Shown piece by piece: positions 60,230-64,000 of a stretch of 64,000 bases of DNA. The stretch's first letter is position 1; each line of letters starts with the position of its first letter. Made by a program: the position numbers and the translations under genes. The stretch is taken from contig OZ024740.1 of NCBI GenBank assembly GCA_964016885.1, positions 318,184,001-318,248,000 on the forward strand, read 5' to 3'. This DNA comes from Eledone cirrhosa (lineage: Eukaryota). The notes beneath the pieces are model-generated. The model had not been told where the DNA came from, searched no databases, and worked only from the letters and a program-made list of their open reading frames with translations.

Positions 60230-62320
60230 CGTCTATTTCCACAACTTGCATTCTATCTGACATTCTAACGACTCTACCAATTCGAAGTTTTTCTACTACA
60301 ATACTCACAACAAATAATCCAGGATTGTCTCGTCTATTTCCACAAATTACATTCTATCTGTCATTCTAACGACTCTACCAATTCGCTGTCTTTCTACTAC
60401 AATACTCACAACAAATAATCCAGGATTGTCTCGCCTATTTCCACAACTTACATTCTATCTGATATTCTAACGACTCTACCAATTCGAAGTCTTTCTACTA
60501 CAATACTCACAACAAATAATCCAGGATTGTCTCGTCTATTTCCACAACTTGCATTCTATCTGACATTCTAACGACTCTAACAATTCGAAGTCTTTCTACT
60601 ACAATACTCACAACAAATAATCCAGGATTGTCTCGTCTATTTCCACAAATTACATTCTATCTGACATTCTAAAGACTCTAACAATTCGAAGTTTTTCTAC
60701 TACAATACTCACAACAAATAATCCAGCACTGTTTCGTCTATTTCCACAACTCACATTCTATCTGACATTCTAACGACTCTACCAATTCGAAGTCTTTCTA
60801 CTACAATACTCACAACAAATAATCCAGGAATATCTCGTCTATTTCCACAACTTACATTCTATCTGACATTGAAACGACTCTATCAATTCGAAGTCTTTCT
60901 ACTACAATACTAACTTCAAATAATCCAGGATTGTCTCGTCTATTTCCACAACTTACATTCTATCTGACATTCTAACGACTCTACCAATTCGAAGTCTTTC
61001 TACTACAATACTAATAAAAATAATCTAGGATTGTCTCGTCTATTTCCACAACTTACATTCTATCTGCCATTCTAACGACTCTACCAATTCGCTGTCTTTC
61101 TACTACAATACTCAACAAATAATCCAGGATTGTCTCGTCTATTTCCACAACTTACATTCTATCTGATATTCTAACGACTCTACCAATTCGAAGTCTTTCT
61201 ACTACAATACTAACAACAAATAATCCAGGATTGTCTCTTCTATTTCCACAACTTACATTCTATCTGACATTCTAACGACTCTACCAATTCGCTGTATTTC
61301 TACTACAATACTCACATCAAATAATCCAGGATTGTCTCGTCTATTTCCGCAACATACATTCTATCTGACATTCTAACGACTCTACCAATTCGCTGTCTTT
61401 CTACTACAATACTCAACAAATAATCCAGGACTGTCTCGTCTATTTCCACAACTTACGTTCTATCTGACATTCAAAAGACTCTAACAATTCGAAGTCTTTC
61501 TACTACAATACTCAGAACAAATAATCCAGGTTTGTCTCGTCTATTTCCACAACTTACATTCTATCTAACATTCTAACGACTCAACCAATTCGAAGCCTTT
61601 TTACTACATTACTCACAACAAATAATTCAGGATTGCCCCGTCTATTTCCACAACTTACATTCTACCTGACATTCTAACGACTCCACCAATTCGCTGTCTT
61701 TCTACTACAATGCTCACAACAAACAATCCAGGATTGTCTCGTCTATTTCCACAACTTACATTCTATCTGATATTCTAACGACTCTACCAATTCGAAGTCT
61801 TTCTACTACAATACTCACAACAAATAATCCAGGATTGTCTCTTCTATTTCCACAACTTGCATTCTATCTGACATTCTAACGACTCTACCAATTCGAAGTT
61901 TTTCTACTACAATACTCACAACAAATAATCCAGGATTGTCTCGTCTATTTCCACAAATTACATTCTATCTGTCATTCTAACGACTCTACCAATTCGCTGT
62001 CTTTCTACTACAATACTCACAACAAATAATCCAGGATTGTCTCGCCTATTTCCACAACTTACATTCTATCTGATATTCTAACGACTCTACCAATTCGAAG
62101 TCTTTCTACTACAATACTCACAACAAATAATCCAGGATTGTCTCGTCTATTTCCACAACTTGCATTCTATCTGACATTCTAACGACTCTAACAATTCGAA
62201 GTCTTTCTACTACAATACTCACAACAAATAATCCAGGATTGTCTCGTCTATTTCCACAAATTACATTCTATCTGACATTCTAAAGACTCTAACAATTCGA
62301 AGTTTTTCTACTACAATACT
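60230..62320. repeat. Short dispersed duplication of about 4-5 monomers, offset 1611 bp
   Basis: tgtcattc at 60361/61972 and ctcgcct at 60431/62042, with the same flanking monomer order. Confidence 0.75.
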
Positions 62321-64000
62321 CAGAACAAATAATCCAGGTTTGTCTCGTCTATTTCCACAACTTACATTCTATCTAACATTCTAACGACTCTACCAATTCG
62401 AAGCCTTTTTACTACATTACTCACAACAAATAATTCAGGATTGCCCCGTCTATTTCCACAACTTACATTCTACCTGACATTCTAACGACTCTACCAATTC
62501 GCTGTCTTTCTACTACAATACTCACAATAAATAATCCAGGATTGTCTCGTCTATTTCCACAACTTACATTCTATCTGATATTCTAACGACTCTACCAATT
62601 CGAAGTCTTTCTACTACAATACTAACAACAAATAATCCAGGATTGTCTCTTCTATTTCCACAACTTACATTCTATCTAACATTCTAACAACTCCACCAAT
62701 TCGAAATCTTTCTACTACAATACTCACAACAAATCATCCAGGATTGTCTCGTCTATTTCCACAACTTACATTCTATCTGATATTCTAACGACTCTACCAA
62801 TTCGAAGTCTTTCTACTACAATACTAACAACAAATAATCCAGGATTGTCTCTTCTATTTCCACAACTTACATTCTATCTGATATTCTAACGACTCTACCA
62901 ATTCGAATCTTTCTACTACAATACTCACAACAAATAATACAGCATTGGCTCGTCTATTTCCACAACTTACATTCTATCTGACGTTCTAACGACTCTACCA
63001 ATTCGCTGTATTTCTACTACAATACTCACAACAAATAATCCAGCACTGTTTCGTCTATTTCCACAACTCACATTCTATCTGACATTCTAACGACTCTACC
63101 AATTCGAAGTCTTTCTACTACAATACTCACAACAAATAATCCAGGAATATCTCGTCTATTTCCACAACTTACATTCTATCTGACATTGAAACGACTCTAT
63201 CAATTCGAAGTCTTTCTACTACAATACTAACTTCAAATAATCCAGGATTGTCTCGTCTATTTCCACAACTTACATTCTATCTGACATTCTAACGACTCTA
63301 CCAATTGGAAGTCTTTCTACTTCGATACTAATAAAAATAATCTAGGATTGTCTCGTCTATTTCCACAACTTACATTCTATCTGCCATTCTAACGACTCTA
63401 CCAATTCGCTGTCTTTCTACTACAATACTCAACAAATAATCCAGGACTGTCTCGTCTATTTCCACAATTTACGTTCTATCTGACATTCTAAAGACTCTAA
63501 CAATTCGAAGTCTTTCTACTACAATACTCAGAACAAATAATCCAGGTTTGTCTCGTCTATTTCCACAACTTACATTCTATCTAACATTCTAACGACTCTA
63601 CCAATTCGAAGCCTTTTTACTACATTACTCACAACAAATAATTCAGGATTGTCTCGTCTATTTCCACAAATTACGTTCTATCTGACATTCTAACGACTCT
63701 ACCAATTCGAATCTTTCTACTACAATACTCACAACAAATAATACAGGATTAGCTCGTCTATTTCCACAACTTACATTCTATCTGACGTTCTAATGACTCT
63801 ACCAATTCGCTGTATTTCTACTACAATACTCACAACAAATAATCCAGCACTGTTTCGTCTATTTCCACAACTCACGTTCTATCTGACATTCTAACGACTC
63901 TACCAATTCGAAGTCTTTCTACTACAATACTCACAACAAATAATCCAGGAATATCTCGTCTATTTCCACAACTTACATTCTATCTGACATTGAAACGACT

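Larger units (their letters stand above)
1..64000. repeat. Tandem satellite DNA array, 101-bp monomer, about 635 copies, single orientation; runs off both window edges
   Basis: The unit starts ctgac/ctgat at 1, 102, 203 and 304. The motifs aatccaggatt, tatttccacaac and acattctat recur about every 101 bp to the end of the window. Length variants are 99 bp (ctcaacaaat) and 100 bp (ttcgaatctt; ctaataaaaataatct). Confidence 0.99.

Noticed and set aside
1-64000. CRISPR array
   Set aside because: There are no unique spacers: the entire 101-bp unit is repeated. There is also no leader or cas gene in the window.
1-64000. Repetitive protein-coding ORF on either strand
   Set aside because: The unit is not a multiple of 3. 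On the minus strand, stops (cta/tca/tta on + at 9, 18, 37, 40, 49, 78, 91, 98) close all three frames in each monomer. On the plus strand, stops at 2, 10 and 59 close every frame within two monomers.
1-64000. Tandem RNA gene array (5S rRNA, tRNA, SL RNA, snRNA)
   Set aside because: The unit is shorter than 5S rRNA and shows no recognisable cloverleaf, Pol III boxes or gene/spacer partition. With only 8 G per monomer on +, it has little capacity for stable stems.
1-64000. Telomeric repeat or G-quadruplex/i-motif array, suggested by the C/G skew
   Set aside because: There is no short telomere-type unit and the consensus has no runs of three or more C or G. Only one variant has cccc.
1-64000. 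Transposon insertion, inversion or non-satellite island hidden in the array
   Set aside because: Reading through, every stretch matched the monomer in the same orientation. A very short insertion could have been missed by eye.
1-64000. Assignment to a named satellite of similar length, such as bean CentPv1 (99 bp) or the grape 107-bp repeat
   Set aside because: Similar length alone is not evidence and I cannot confirm sequence homology without a search.

Overview
The whole 64 kb window is one uninterrupted, head-to-tail satellite DNA array. It holds about 635 copies of a 101-bp monomer with consensus ctgacattctaacgactctaccaattcg(aa/ct)gtctttctactacaatactcacaacaaataatccaggattgtctcgtctatttccacaacttacattctat (about 36% GC, 28 C vs 8 G on the + strand). 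I saw no genes, RNA genes, transposon insertions, inversions or CRISPR spacers. The interesting content is the internal architecture. About a dozen recurring monomer types (99, 100 and 101 bp) are arranged in nested higher-order repeats: a 3-mer pattern, then 9-mer (906 bp), 11/12-mer (1108/1208 bp), 15-mer (1510/1513 bp), 23-mer (2316 bp) and 27-mer (2721 bp). Above that are multi-kb near-identical duplications (offsets 3932/4134, 5445, 5643, 6146 and 6954 bp) and variant-defined domains, with the two window ends resembling each other. This architecture resembles a eukaryotic centromeric or pericentromeric satellite, but that is an inference. I do not recognise the family or organism. All offsets were measured by hand from diagnostic variants, and block boundaries are approximate.
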